Shown: positions 47,301 to 58,758, counted from the stretch's first letter. The stretch is 64,000 nucleotides of DNA from an uncultured virus (IMG/VR IMGVR_UViG_2740892240_000002) (IMGVR_UViG_2740892240_000002:1-64000), one strand, 5' to 3'. Numbers and translations: made by a program. The notes: a model not told the origin generated them from the letters alone.

Positions 47301-49744
47301 TAAGCATATACCCCCTCTACTATTGTATTAGATAGAGCTTCTTCAGTCATATCTTCTATTGCAGATAAAATTTTATTTATATCAGCTGTTTCTGTTACAG
47401 GCCCTGTAAATTCAACCTTCATATTAGGTCTTAATGTAGTATATTTATTAATAAATTCAGCTTTTGATATATCCTTTAACATCTTAATATCTTCATCAGT
47501 TATTTTTACATCATCTTCTATTTTTCCTATTTTATCTAGTTTTCCACCGTTAATTTTATCAGATAAACCTGCAGGCATTTTTCCAGCTCCGCCAACTCCG
47601 GATCCTGGTCCTTTTCCTTTTCCATTAGATCCATTTGTCATTGGATTATTTGAGAAATTAGGCATTCCCATCCCTTTATCCATACCAATTCCATCTGGTA
47701 ATTTAGGCATTTTAAACATACTTAATAGATTTCCAAATATACTTCCTTTACTACCAAGTGAACTTGCAAAATCATGACCTTTATTAAACCCTTTATTAAA
47801 TGACTCTCCAATATTTTCATATTTTTTAAACTTTGTTTCTTTAACTCCACGCTTGGATTTAACATCTGATTTAGCAGATTCTATCGCTGATTTAATATTA
47901 TCTAAATTCCCAACTATATTTACTTCAACACCAGGAATCATATTTACTAAGTCTTGTAATGATTGAGCTACCCATCTAACTTTATCTACTATATAAGTAG
48001 CCATATCTAAAAATAGCATTTGTATAGCACCGATAGGATCAATAAATAAATTATTTAAAAAATTAGCAAACATAGCAAATTTATTATATAGAGGAATAAT
48101 AACGGCATTTTCAATTATAGCTACTAAAGCATAGAATAAACCTACAATAAACCCTACTACATCCGCCGCAGTAACTCCTAATTGAATTAAAATAAATATA
48201 ACTATTCCTATAGCTACAGCTACTAACAACATAATCCAATTTGCTGCAAGCCATTCAAGTGCATATAAAGCTAAAATTTGAATAGTTTCCCATAAACTCA
48301 TCATTAACCCAACTAATGAAATAATCATTCCCGGTATAGCTTGTATAGCAGCAATTAACATTGGTATAAGAAAATATGCAATAATTGCTGCACCTATAGA
48401 AATTATTACTGGCATTAAATATATTAATACATCAATTAATCCACTGATCCAGGAAATTACTGTACTTATAACTGATGCTATATTTATACCTAAAAGATTA
48501 AACACAAAAATTATTAATGTAATTACTCCTACTATGACTAATAATTGAACATTGGCCATAGCCCAAGCTATTGCTGATGATATTGCTGCTAATACAGATT
48601 GAACTTTTAAGATTAGCATTAGCATTGATAAAGCAATTAATATAGGTTCAATAAAAATAAAATTTTCTTTTAACCATGATGCAGCATTTGCAATACCTTC
48701 TAATGCCATTACTCCCATATTTGCAAGTACCACAAAGCCATCTGATATATCATTTAAAAAAGTTGTTGCATTTGAACTGTTAAGCCATTGGCTAAACCTT
48801 GCAGCTACTGGCTCCATTGCATTCATAAAGTTATTCTTTAATATTGTCATTTTCTGCGCAAATGTCATTGGCATTGAATCAAACTGTTTATTTACATCCT
48901 TTGTCGCATCATTCATTGCTTTTTTAATTATATCAGCAGTTATACCTCCTTCTGATGATATATCTTTAAGTTCTTCCTTTGATTTGCCCATGGATTTAGC
49001 AATAGCATTAGCCAATATTGGTGCTTTTTGTAAAATGGAACTAAAATCATCACCTTTTAATTTACCATCTTCCATGGCTTTAGTTACTTGTTCCATAGCA
49101 GAACTAGCATCTTTACCACTAGTACCTGAAATAGCAAACATTTTATTTAATGTTTCAACAAAAGATATAGCCTGATCATTATTTTTAAACTGATTGCCTG
49201 CAGTCATACTAAGCTTTGTTACTGCTTCTGTAGTATCTTTATAACTTGCCCCTGCTCTATTAGCACTTGCTAATATTTTATCTTGTAAAGCATTTGTTGT
49301 TTGCATTCCATCATTTATAACCTTAACCCTAGATTGCATCAAAGAGAGCTCATCTAAATATTCAGCTCCTTTAGTAACAAGTTCTATTCCCTTTTGAGCT
49401 GACCCAACTATTGAAGATGGGTTTAAAAAACCTGGTTCTTTAATATCTTTTGATTTTTTATCAGATTCCCCTTCATTTGAACCTTCTGATTTATTAGTAG
49501 GATTCCTTAAGTTCAAACTTGCCTGATTTGCTTTTTCTATATCACTTTTATATTTATTTAAAGCCTTATCTGCTTGTTTTATTGCATTTTCTGCTTTTTT
49601 AAATTCTTTTTCTGAGATACCTTGCCCAACAGAACTATTTACTTTTCGCAAGACTTTTAAGGTATTTTCCATAGCACTATTTATTTTGTTGAAAACAGGT
49701 GTCATCTTATCTTGCATAATAATTGCATTACTTATTGTAGCCAT
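47300..49744 (-). CDS. Tape measure protein
   Basis: 814 aa; tape-measure core plus hydrophobic region. Confidence 0.9.
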   Translation of the reverse strand: MATISNAIIMQDKMTPVFNKINSAMENTLKVLRKVNSSVGQGISEKEFKKAENAIKQADKALNKYKSDIEKANQASLNLRNPTNKSEGSNEGESDKKSKDIKEPGFLNPSSIVGSAQKGIELVTKGAEYLDELSLMQSRVKVINDGMQTTNALQDKILASANRAGASYKDTTEAVTKLSMTAGNQFKNNDQAISFVETLNKMFAISGTSGKDASSAMEQVTKAMEDGKLKGDDFSSILQKAPILANAIAKSMGKSKEELKDISSEGGITADIIKKAMNDATKDVNKQFDSMPMTFAQKMTILKNNFMNAMEPVAARFSQWLNSSNATTFLNDISDGFVVLANMGVMALEGIANAASWLKENFIFIEPILIALSMLMLILKVQSVLAAISSAIAWAMANVQLLVIVGVITLIIFVFNLLGINIASVISTVISWISGLIDVLIYLMPVIISIGAAIIAYFLIPMLIAAIQAIPGMIISLVGLMMSLWETIQILALYALEWLAANWIMLLVAVAIGIVIFILIQLGVTAADVVGFIVGLFYALVAIIENAVIIPLYNKFAMFANFLNNLFIDPIGAIQMLFLDMATYIVDKVRWVAQSLQDLVNMIPGVEVNIVGNLDNIKSAIESAKSDVKSKRGVKETKFKKYENIGESFNKGFNKGHDFASSLGSKGSIFGNLLSMFKMPKLPDGIGMDKGMGMPNFSNNPMTNGSNGKGKGPGSGVGGAGKMPAGLSDKINGGKLDKIGKIEDDVKITDEDIKMLKDISKAEFINKYTTLRPNMKVEFTGPVTETADINKILSAIEDMTEEALSNTIVEGVYA

Positions 49745-49750
49745 AGACTT

Positions 49751-50334
49751 TTACCTCCTTTTTTTAAGTCTTGCTTGTTCCTTTTTCTCTTCTCTTATTC
49801 TTTCATCAATCATTTCAATTACTAATGCTTTTTCACTTAATGAGAGATTTGCAAATTGACCTGGTGGCCAACGAAACTTATGTAGACAATAATATGCATA
49901 CATAGTTTCTCCATCTCCCTCTTTTATTAGTTTTTTGCTTCTTCTCTAAGCCCCTCCAAATCTTTATCAAAACCAGATAATGAACTTATTTCTTCAACTA
50001 GAGTTGCAACTTCTCCTGCTAATAAAACTTTATTTAATAATTGTTGTGGAGTCATACATCCAGCTTTTTTTATTGACTCTGAATTTCTAAAATTAGGTTC
50101 TACAGTATAATTTATAACAAGTTGTTCATTAAACATCTTACTATCAAAATTGACTTTTCCTTTCTTTCCAACCTTAGTACATTGCTTTTGTAAATCTGAA
50201 AACTCATCTGGTGAAACTGCTTTTATTTTAAATTTCATTATTTTATCACCATCTGTAAATCTATCTGACACTATAACTTCCTCTGTTAAATTATCTATTG
50301 GGTTACTTACTAAAAAATCCATTAATTTTGACAT
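49751..50334 (-). CDS. XkdN-like tail assembly chaperone (49927-50334) with -1 frameshift extension to 49751
   Basis: Slippery A AAA AAC at 49930-49936 before TAA; -1 frame LIKEGDGETMYAYYCLHK... open up to the TMP RBS. Confidence 0.85.
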
Positions 50335-50411
50335 ATATATTCCTTCTTCCTTTATAATAAATTTTGTAATGAAAAAGCTAACTTATAAGTTAGCCTTTTT
50401 TATTTCCTATA

Positions 50412-50879
50412 CTATTTTAAATATGCTAATTCTTTAAATTCCTCTAACATTTCTGCATCATCAAATGTGAAATCCATATCTTCTTCTAATGAATCATCAT
50501 CTATATCTAATTTAGCTAATATAGTTGAATCTATATTACAGTTATAAAGTGCAGTTGTCTGTTTTCCAGCATCACTAGTTGGGTCATTGTTAGTAATTAC
50601 CATATCGAAGTAGATATCTTTACCTGTTTTTATATATTCAATCGCTAGCTTTCTAAATAATGAACTTACATAATGTACTGTCATTGATCCAGACCCACTC
50701 CATCCAGTTGTTTTATGTTGAGTTGCTCTTGCTCCAATCACCTGTATTTCTGATTTATTTTTTTCCATAGTTGCCTCAAGAGATTTTATGTTAAACAACT
50801 TGTGTATCTCACCGTTTATATTTATTTGTGCAAATCCCTCTTTCCCACAAATGGTATCATTAGCTTTTAAGTATGTCAT
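50412..50879 (-). CDS. Tail tube protein (XkdM-like)
   Basis: GWSGSGSM and NNDPTS..GKQ motifs. Confidence 0.9.
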   Translation of the reverse strand: MTYLKANDTICGKEGFAQININGEIHKLFNIKSLEATMEKNKSEIQVIGARATQHKTTGWSGSGSMTVHYVSSLFRKLAIEYIKTGKDIYFDMVITNNDPTSDAGKQTTALYNCNIDSTILAKLDIDDDSLEEDMDFTFDDAEMLEEFKELAYLK

Positions 50880-50890
50880 TTAAATTCCTC

Positions 50891-52213
50891 CTATCCTACT
50901 GAAACTGTCATATATAGTTTTTCCATTGCATCAATAGGCTTTATACCTATATCCACTAATACAGAATCTATTTCATTTCCTACAGAAATTGATATATCTT
51001 CGTTTTTAAAATCTTCTATAGCTCCTAATTTATTTAGTTCTTTTAAATATGAAATAATATCTGATTTAAAGGATGTTCTCCCATCTTCATTGTTATTGAT
51101 TTTTCCTAAATAAGTTTTTTCAAACATATTTTTTATACTATTATTTATATCATCTAAAGTTCTAATGACTCTATTTTTACAAAAGTCTCTAGATTTAGTT
51201 GATGAGAAATCAGTAAATGTATTTATATCAGTTTCTACAACAACACTTTCATCTTGTCTAAAAGTAATAATAAATTTACCTTTACGTATTCCTTCTTTTA
51301 TTTCATCATCTGTTTTAGGGTTTATTATCTCAACAGCTCCTGGTATTACTGTATATGTATTAGATTTATTTAATGAAGCCCCTGATGTTAACCCTGTAAC
51401 GTACCCAACAAATCCATTTACTCCTACAGTTGTATCTTTTGTCTTATAACCTTGATCTACCGATATAACACCTTCATAATTTGCTTCTGAAAAATCATTT
51501 ATTACACACTGTATCTTTTTACCTTTTTCTTCTCTAGACTGCTTAATAAAAGTAGTTATTTTCTCTTTAACATCTTCATTAGTTGTGTAAACTCCCATAG
51601 TATTAAAATATTTATTATTAATAAGATCTATATATCTAGAATAATTCTCAATACTTTCTGTTCCATTAGATCCTGAAGTTAGTTTTATACCCGCATTGGC
51701 AACTAACTTTCCACTTCCAGCGAAATCAACCCAACAGTTGCCTAAAAGTTCATCTATATTTGATGCTAATTGTACATCAACAACTTTAGTATCTAAAAAT
51801 GTTTTCACTTCAAATTTATCATTTTCTACATCTTTTATACTAACAGATAATCTATTCCCAACTGTTCCTGGATATTTAGCAACAATATTTAAAGAATCTA
51901 TTGTAGCAGTTGCTTTCTGTCCATTACTATCGACTCTAAATACTAAACACTTATAACTGTTTTTTAATGCCTCTTTGATTGAAACAATCTCATTTTCATA
52001 CCCATAGTAGCCTAATTTATCTAATATTTTTCCATCTGATAAATCCGAACTATTTATTTCTATCAACTGATCATTTGGACCCCATCCCAAAACTATAGGT
52101 ATAGTTGATATTCCTCTAATTCCAACCTTACCAGAAGGCTTAGAAATACTTTTGAAATTAATGTATGCTCCTGGTCTTATTTTATTTTGGCTTATAAAAG
52201 TTCCTCCTGCCAT
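50891..52213 (-). CDS. Tail sheath protein (XkdK-like)
   Basis: MAGGTF..QNK.RPGAYINF; DAMEKLYM. Confidence 0.95.
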   Translation of the reverse strand: MAGGTFISQNKIRPGAYINFKSISKPSGKVGIRGISTIPIVLGWGPNDQLIEINSSDLSDGKILDKLGYYGYENEIVSIKEALKNSYKCLVFRVDSNGQKATATIDSLNIVAKYPGTVGNRLSVSIKDVENDKFEVKTFLDTKVVDVQLASNIDELLGNCWVDFAGSGKLVANAGIKLTSGSNGTESIENYSRYIDLINNKYFNTMGVYTTNEDVKEKITTFIKQSREEKGKKIQCVINDFSEANYEGVISVDQGYKTKDTTVGVNGFVGYVTGLTSGASLNKSNTYTVIPGAVEIINPKTDDEIKEGIRKGKFIITFRQDESVVVETDINTFTDFSSTKSRDFCKNRVIRTLDDINNSIKNMFEKTYLGKINNNEDGRTSFKSDIISYLKELNKLGAIEDFKNEDISISVGNEIDSVLVDIGIKPIDAMEKLYMTVSVG

Positions 52214-52635
52214 TACTTAACACCTCCATTTATATTCAATCCACCCATTTTACTTTGGGTTTCTTGTTCTTTTAAAATTCTTATATTATACGATATAAAT
52301 ATTTGCAAAGCATCATCTATTATTTCAGATTTTATGTTTTTGGGAGCCAATTTAAAATTATCTTGATCTATGCAAGATAAAATCTCTTGTACTTTAAAGT
52401 CTACATCTTCAAATTCTGTACGTCCTTGATCATTAATATATCTAATATTAACTAACAAACTCTGCTTAAATATATCTTTATTATATTTTACTTGTTCTGA
52501 ATTTAGTTTAAATACAAAAAAACAAGGTTTTTTTAGACCTTGTATCTTCTTATCTTTATATATAGAACATTCTGGAAAATTTTGTTTTAATGTTTTAGTT
52601 ATTAAACTTATTATTGTTCCTGAATCTATCTTCAT
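52213..52635 (-). CDS. Tail terminator protein
   Basis: QGLKKPCFFV; position before sheath. Confidence 0.7.
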   Translation of the reverse strand: MKIDSGTIISLITKTLKQNFPECSIYKDKKIQGLKKPCFFVFKLNSEQVKYNKDIFKQSLLVNIRYINDQGRTEFEDVDFKVQEILSCIDQDNFKLAPKNIKSEIIDDALQIFISYNIRILKEQETQSKMGGLNINGGVK

Positions 52636-52638
52636 GAT

Positions 52639-53031
52639 TTATTCAACTCCACATCTTTTAATAAACATAGCAAATTCTTTTTCAAAATTTTTAGGAATAT
52701 TTCTTGCAACTTCTTCTATAGATATAGTCATCATATAATATCCCTCCACCCAACCATCACCATTTGGTGTAGAATGTCCCATCTCAACGTAAGATGCATA
52801 TTCTTTATCATTATATAAATATACTATTAACTCATTTCCTTTTCTTGAAACTTTGGTTATTTCCCAGCTTTTTCTAAGTAATCCTGTATCTTCAGGAGTC
52901 CTTTGTTTCGTTTTTTCTAAAGCTTCAATAGCATTTTGGGTTAAAAAATCAAATAAAAACTTATTAAATCCTATAGATATTTTTTTAAATTTATTTATAA
53001 ATTCTTCAAATTCACTATAATTAAAACTCAT
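52639..53031 (-). CDS. HK97 gp10-like protein
   Basis: RTPEDTGLLRKSW and YASYVEMGH motifs. Confidence 0.85.
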   Translation of the reverse strand: MSFNYSEFEEFINKFKKISIGFNKFLFDFLTQNAIEALEKTKQRTPEDTGLLRKSWEITKVSRKGNELIVYLYNDKEYASYVEMGHSTPNGDGWVEGYYMMTISIEEVARNIPKNFEKEFAMFIKRCGVE

Positions 53032-53412
53032 TTATACCTGTTTATTTTCTATTAATACAAACTCTTGATCTATGTCGTATTTAATTGGTTTCCCTGCAAT
53101 AGCTTTTATTATATCTACACATTTTCCATCTATAATTCTCTCCAAAGTTATAAAATCTCCTTTAAATATTTCTGTATCTATAGAACAGAATACTTTAAAT
53201 TTAACAAGTTCTCTATTTTCATATTGTTGTCTTAAATTATGTTCATCTTCTTTTATAGTAGAGATTCTACATGGTATATCTTTTAGTTTAGATTTATAAT
53301 CAAGGACTTCCTTAATACTACCATCTTCCAATTCGACATCAATATATCTACTTATAGTCATCCTGTCTGTGTACATAATATCTAAATATTTAGATAGTTG
53401 ACTTAGTCTCAT
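53032..53412 (-). CDS. Head closure protein
   Basis: DIPCRIS motif; position. Confidence 0.65.
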   Translation of the reverse strand: MRLSQLSKYLDIMYTDRMTISRYIDVELEDGSIKEVLDYKSKLKDIPCRISTIKEDEHNLRQQYENRELVKFKVFCSIDTEIFKGDFITLERIIDGKCVDIIKAIAGKPIKYDIDQEFVLIENKQV

Positions 53413-53747
53413 TTTTTTAATCTCCTAAATCTATTTAATTCCTTTTTATATTTTATTAATATCTCATCTGTACTACGAATTCGTTTTGAATTTACAAAAG
53501 ATATTTTTGTATCCCCTTGTTGGATGCTTTCAACTACTTCATCATTTTTTATATATTGATTAACTATTATATCTACTGAAATATTAGCTAATATAAATTT
53601 AAGTTGAGTAGTTACTTCATTTAAATTACAATATGTGTTTATCATATCTATTGATTCTTCAATAGCCATATTTATTATATTATCCTGTATTTCATGTTCT
53701 ACGTTAATAAGTTTAGCTTTAATTAAATCTTTAATATTCCCAATCAT
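53409..53747 (-). CDS. Head-tail connector (SPP1 gp15-like)
   Basis: YCN...SIQQGDTKISF...LNRFRR. Confidence 0.8.
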   Translation of the reverse strand: MIGNIKDLIKAKLINVEHEIQDNIINMAIEESIDMINTYCNLNEVTTQLKFILANISVDIIVNQYIKNDEVVESIQQGDTKISFVNSKRIRSTDEILIKYKKELNRFRRLKK

Positions 53748-53758
53748 AAACTTATATC

Positions 53759-54700
53759 CTATTTACTAGCTGGTTTTGCTTCTTTAAAGTTTGCATAAAC
53801 CGAATTAATTTTATTGTCTAGAACCCATATATCATGATATCTTCTATAATCCATTGCCCAAGCATTAGCTTCTTGATTAGTTTGAGGATCAAATATTCTC
53901 ATTATATCTTGTTTAGTTACAGCTATAGGAATATCTCTAGGAACTATTAAAAAGTTACATTCTATACCATTTTCTGCTTTCACATATCCACCCTTTTCTT
54001 CTCCACTAGTTACACCATCGTATAATTTAATCATAGAGTACATTCTATTTTGTGGAGTTGGTATTAATGGACATCTGTCTATTGATGGCACTTGAGTATC
54101 TATCCCACCTTGACTAAAAGTAACTGAAGATAATTTTCCTAAAGCTGCTATTTCGACCTCAGTTAAAGCATCATAAGTTAAATGAATTATTAATTCTCCA
54201 TTATACCCATTATTTCTTATTGTCTTTATACCGTTTTTTATTTTTTGTATTATATCTTTTGATGTTGGCGTATATGAATACTCAACATTTTTATCACCAT
54301 CTACCTTCATAGCTGTAGTTGCCAATGCAGATAATCGGTATGCATCTATCTCTGGAATCACTTGAGTTCTTTGGAATTCGCCCATTATATTTCCTGCCGT
54401 TAATACAAATCCTGTTTCATCAACATCATTAGCATCTATAGAAAATTTTCTTCCTCTATCTTGAGTCATCTCTTTTGTTTTATATTCAATATTTATAGTT
54501 CCTTTTTTAAATCCTGTCCCACCAGCTCTATCGTAATCTGCTAGCCCATCTACACTTAACTGAGGTACCTTAACTTCCTTACCTCCACTATATTTTACTT
54601 TACCTGAATTGACATCCATCCATCCTGTTAACATTGATTGTATTGCTGCTTTATCTAATTCATTTTGAAATATTGTTGCATATTTTATCATATTACCCAT
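53759..54700 (-). CDS. Major capsid protein
   Basis: GLADYDR, MTQDRG, PEIDAYR and YRRYHD motifs. Confidence 0.9.
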   Translation of the reverse strand: MGNMIKYATIFQNELDKAAIQSMLTGWMDVNSGKVKYSGGKEVKVPQLSVDGLADYDRAGGTGFKKGTINIEYKTKEMTQDRGRKFSIDANDVDETGFVLTAGNIMGEFQRTQVIPEIDAYRLSALATTAMKVDGDKNVEYSYTPTSKDIIQKIKNGIKTIRNNGYNGELIIHLTYDALTEVEIAALGKLSSVTFSQGGIDTQVPSIDRCPLIPTPQNRMYSMIKLYDGVTSGEEKGGYVKAENGIECNFLIVPRDIPIAVTKQDIMRIFDPQTNQEANAWAMDYRRYHDIWVLDNKINSVYANFKEAKPASK

Positions 54701-54729
54701 TTTTATACTTCCTTTCTGTTATAAATTGA

Positions 54730-55296
54730 TTATATATTTCCATTTATTGCATCTGAAATTTGAGATGATATAGAGTTTTCATTTGCAGGAACTCCACTAC
54801 TCCCTACAATTTTATAATATGGATTTTGTGTATATTGATCATCCTTTGAATCTTTAAATAAATAACATTTATTTTGCTTTAAATCTTTTATTTGCTCATC
54901 TAAACCCTCAAATTGACCATTTCTATATTTTATACCTTCCATACTAAGCAATGACTTAATATCTTTAATATCTTTACAATTAGTACTATTTAAAACTTTC
55001 TCTAACTCATAATTAAATTCTTTTTCATTCATTGCTTTTTTATATTTTAGTTCTAGATTATTAAGCTGAACTTTATGCTCTTTCTTTAAAGCTTCTATAT
55101 CATCTTTAGTTGTTTTACATTGCAATGATTTTATGGTTGTATTAGCTTCATCTAGCCTTAAGTTTGCATTTTCATAATCTGATTTAGGTACAAAATATTT
55201 AGGAATTTCAACATTTACATTTTTGATAATCTCATCAACTTGTAATTTATTATCTTTCACTTCTGCTTTACTTAAAATTTCTTTTAACCAATCCAT
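54730..55296 (-). CDS. Capsid scaffolding protein (gp20-like)
   Basis: VPKSDY and GLDEQIKDLK...YLF motifs. Confidence 0.85.
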   Translation of the reverse strand: MDWLKEILSKAEVKDNKLQVDEIIKNVNVEIPKYFVPKSDYENANLRLDEANTTIKSLQCKTTKDDIEALKKEHKVQLNNLELKYKKAMNEKEFNYELEKVLNSTNCKDIKDIKSLLSMEGIKYRNGQFEGLDEQIKDLKQNKCYLFKDSKDDQYTQNPYYKIVGSSGVPANENSISSQISDAINGNI

Positions 55297-55394
55297 ATTT
55301 AATCCTTTCCTCTTATAAACCTTCTATAGTAATCTTTGTTCTTTACCCTCTTCAAATAATAAAAAAGAGCAAAATAAAGACATATAATTTATAA

Positions 55395-56708
55395 TTATAT
55401 GTCTTTATCACTTGCTTTATCGTTGCATAGGGATAATTCTGTTTCTTCTTCCTCCATCAACTTGTAAGCTTCTTCTGGATTTTCAACCCATGGATGATTT
55501 TTAATTATTAGCTTTTTAGGAATTACACCTACACTTATTTGTGCTATTTGTGCATTTTCTAAATCATTAGATATCATATTTCTTGTATACGTCTGGTGTA
55601 TCTTTATATCTGAATTAATATTTAAATATCTAAGTATAACCTTTATTAATTTATTAAAACTTTTTTTAAATTCAGTCTCAACTAATCCAGCTTTTAGCTC
55701 TAGTTTTCTATAAAAAAACTTCAACGCAACACCACTAGCATTTCCAAAACTCTCAGTATCTTGTTGAAGTCCTTGACCACTCTCATATATTTGTATTTTT
55801 AGTATATCTAATAATTTAGTTCTTGCTTCTACAGGTATTTCAATTTGCAATGTTTTAACACTTCCTGATCCTCCTGTAGGATCACTATCTGTTTTAACAG
55901 CTTTATATCTTTTTAAATCTCCTAAAAATTCCTTTAAATCTTCTCCTCCATAGTTTTCAAGTATGTATATAACTTGTTGTATATCTTCTAGATCATTTGC
56001 ATATCCACTAGAAACTTTGTCATATATATCAATTAGATTTTTATACTTATCTAAATCATTTTGAAATCTATTGTTATTTCTAAATTCTATAAAAGGAACT
56101 TCTCCAAATTTATGACCTATTGCATCTACTGGTTTATAAAATTTACTTTCAATTGAATTTAACGTTCCTAAAATATAATACTTTTCCATTTTAGAATCAG
56201 TCCAAACTTCAAATATAATTATATTTTTATTATTTTCAATAGTTTCATAATATCTATATACTGTAGATATTTTGCTTTTTCTATTATCTGCATACTTAAC
56301 TATAATATCTTCAGTCGGTACCATATAATATTCAAAGTCTAGATTCTCATTGCAACAGTAATATATAAATGCATTTGCAGCATTACTTACCTCTATGCAT
56401 AAATCTTTACATACACTTTCAAATTCATCACCTAATAACTTGTTAACTTTTTTATTAATTTCCTTACTCCCTAGATCAAATAATACTGGATATGTAAATA
56501 AATATGCTGCCTTTTCATCAACCATAAGTTGGTGAAAATTGTGGCTTATCCTATTATCTGCATTTCTTAGTGGATCTGTCCTATCATTTTTAGATACTCC
56601 TAAATTTAAAATATCATTTTTATTGCAATAATACATTTTTGTTTTTAATATTTTCTCCCTACGAGGTATATCATCTCTTATAATTTTTATAATTTCATCG
56701 ATTTTCAT
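55395..56708 (-). CDS. Portal protein (SPP1 family)
   Basis: NRISHNF, VPFIEF.NN and GNASGVALKF motifs. Confidence 0.93.
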   Translation of the reverse strand: MKIDEIIKIIRDDIPRREKILKTKMYYCNKNDILNLGVSKNDRTDPLRNADNRISHNFHQLMVDEKAAYLFTYPVLFDLGSKEINKKVNKLLGDEFESVCKDLCIEVSNAANAFIYYCCNENLDFEYYMVPTEDIIVKYADNRKSKISTVYRYYETIENNKNIIIFEVWTDSKMEKYYILGTLNSIESKFYKPVDAIGHKFGEVPFIEFRNNNRFQNDLDKYKNLIDIYDKVSSGYANDLEDIQQVIYILENYGGEDLKEFLGDLKRYKAVKTDSDPTGGSGSVKTLQIEIPVEARTKLLDILKIQIYESGQGLQQDTESFGNASGVALKFFYRKLELKAGLVETEFKKSFNKLIKVILRYLNINSDIKIHQTYTRNMISNDLENAQIAQISVGVIPKKLIIKNHPWVENPEEAYKLMEEEETELSLCNDKASDKDI

Positions 56709-56789
56709 ATTCCACCTCCTATAATTAAAATTTAGTTTTTAAATAAATCTCTAACCATAAATAATTAATCATGTATTTTTTTACTTTAA

Positions 56790-58004
56790 TTATTTAAAAA
56801 CTCTTAATCCACTACCTTTGCTCTCTGTATAAATTGCATATCTAAGTGCATCCAATACATCATCCCACAGCTTAATAGGTTCTCCTGTTGTTTTATTCCA
56901 AGCATACATAAAAATTTCTTTTTTAAATAAATCAGTATGTTCCTTTACTACCTTTAATTTATTAGTCTTAAATCCTTTTGCTACTACTTCAATTCCACTT
57001 AATACTGATTTATCAGCATTTTTAGCTCTTAGACCTTCCTTTTTAAATCTTGCTACATGTTCAGGTCTTGCACTATCACAATAAAAAATTATATTTCCAT
57101 ATTTACTTTTTATTGTTTTAGCTACATCTACCCAATAATCAATTTCTTCATATTGTCTTGCATACTCTCTTAATAAATATAAATTTTCATTATCATCTTT
57201 TCCTATAACAACTATAGAACCATGATGTTCATATCCCCAGTCAACACCTGCAAAAAATTTTACAAAATTTATATTTTTTAAATTACTTTCACTTATGTAA
57301 TGAATATCTTTTCTAAAGTCTCTATAAACAATTCCTTCTGCAGATACCCATAATCCCTTTATATCTCTATCATAAAACATTCCAGATGGAGTTGATGCTT
57401 TAATATTGTTTCTATATCTCTCACTTAAAAATGTATTCTCATCTAACTCATAGTGATAAGCTTGTATTATTTTTCCATCTGCTTTATCTATAAAATTTGA
57501 TTTTAGCCAGTGTTCTGGTTGATCTGGATTTGTATCTATTAATATTCGTGCTCCTTCACCAGAACATCTTGCTTTAATTTCATTAAAAACTTCTTCATTT
57601 GCCATAGTTCCTTCGTTTATATATGCTCCAAATGAAGTCATCCCTCTTATTCTTCCTAAATCATTTTTTTTTGAATGTCCAAAACAGCATACTTGAACTC
57701 CAAATAAAATAAATCTATTGTGTTTGTCAAACTTAAACTCAATATCATATTTATTGGTAAGTTCATTTAAAACATTTCTTTGAACTGATCCTAAATCAGC
57801 ACCTGCTAAAATATATTGAGGTAATGTAATATTTAATTCATCAGCTATCTTTCTAACTCTTCTTAATTCATATATAAATAGATCATTATCTAAAATAGTT
57901 TTTCCTGTTCTTTTAGCACCATGATTAATTAACATAAAAAAATCGTTGGTCATTGCAAAGTTCATTACTTCTAATTGTTTTTTATGATATAAATCATTTA
58001 ACAT
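56790..58004 (-). CDS. terL: Terminase large subunit (PBSX family)
   Basis: HGAKRTGKT, DTNPD, GVDWG and DDVLDALRY motifs. Confidence 0.93.
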   Translation of the reverse strand: MLNDLYHKKQLEVMNFAMTNDFFMLINHGAKRTGKTILDNDLFIYELRRVRKIADELNITLPQYILAGADLGSVQRNVLNELTNKYDIEFKFDKHNRFILFGVQVCCFGHSKKNDLGRIRGMTSFGAYINEGTMANEEVFNEIKARCSGEGARILIDTNPDQPEHWLKSNFIDKADGKIIQAYHYELDENTFLSERYRNNIKASTPSGMFYDRDIKGLWVSAEGIVYRDFRKDIHYISESNLKNINFVKFFAGVDWGYEHHGSIVVIGKDDNENLYLLREYARQYEEIDYWVDVAKTIKSKYGNIIFYCDSARPEHVARFKKEGLRAKNADKSVLSGIEVVAKGFKTNKLKVVKEHTDLFKKEIFMYAWNKTTGEPIKLWDDVLDALRYAIYTESKGSGLRVFK

Positions 58005-58689
58005 TTATATGTTCCTCTAATTTCGTAAAATATTGATCTATTTTTTCTTCTCTATTTTTTTCATTATTAACTATTCTAGACTTTAAGACTTCTATTCTAG
58101 CTTTTTGTTCTTCAGTAGCTAAATTAAAATTAGAATTAATCATATTGTCATATTGCTTAATTAAACTCCTTAATTCGCTCATTGCTCTACTTTGAGCATT
58201 AAGAAAAGAAGCTTGTCTATCCCATGCAAATTGAAGTTCATACTCTATCTTTTGAGATAACTCACTTTGTTCCTCTTTTTTTACTTCTCTTATTATTTCA
58301 TCTTTTTCAGCAACATACATAATTTTTTGAGCTCTTATTATAGCCGCATACTGTATTACAATTTGTTCCCAAAGTATATCTATCTGTTTTTTTTCAACTA
58401 TAGAATCCATTAACTCTAAAGTTTCATCTGGTAAGTATTTAGAAAAAAAGCCAAACTTTTCAGCATTTTTATTTCCTTTTGGGGCTCCATGTCCAACTGC
58501 ATTTTTATTATTAAGAGGAGCTCCTCCAGTATTCTTAGGTATTCCCTTTCGCCGTTTTTCTTCAGCCCATTTATATCTACTTATCCATGATTTCAGTGTA
58601 TTTATATTAATTCCATGATTTTTACATATTTGTTTTTGTTTTATTCCATTTAGATAATCTATTTTAGCTAAATCCTTTAAATCTGCCAC
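57994..58689 (-). CDS. terS: Terminase small subunit
   Basis: N-terminal HTH; GAP.GNKNA repeats. Confidence 0.88.
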   Translation of the reverse strand: MADLKDLAKIDYLNGIKQKQICKNHGININTLKSWISRYKWAEEKRRKGIPKNTGGAPLNNKNAVGHGAPKGNKNAEKFGFFSKYLPDETLELMDSIVEKKQIDILWEQIVIQYAAIIRAQKIMYVAEKDEIIREVKKEEQSELSQKIEYELQFAWDRQASFLNAQSRAMSELRSLIKQYDNMINSNFNLATEEQKARIEVLKSRIVNNEKNREEKIDQYFTKLEEHINVK

Positions 58690-58713
58690 ATCACCACCTC
58701 AATTCTTTGTTAA

Positions 58714-58758
58714 ATAAAAAAGCCACTAATCTTTTTAAGATTTAGTGACTTTTTTATT
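58714..58758 (-). terminator. Intrinsic terminator between the late leader and terS
   Basis: agtcacta...tagtggct plus U tract. Confidence 0.75.
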
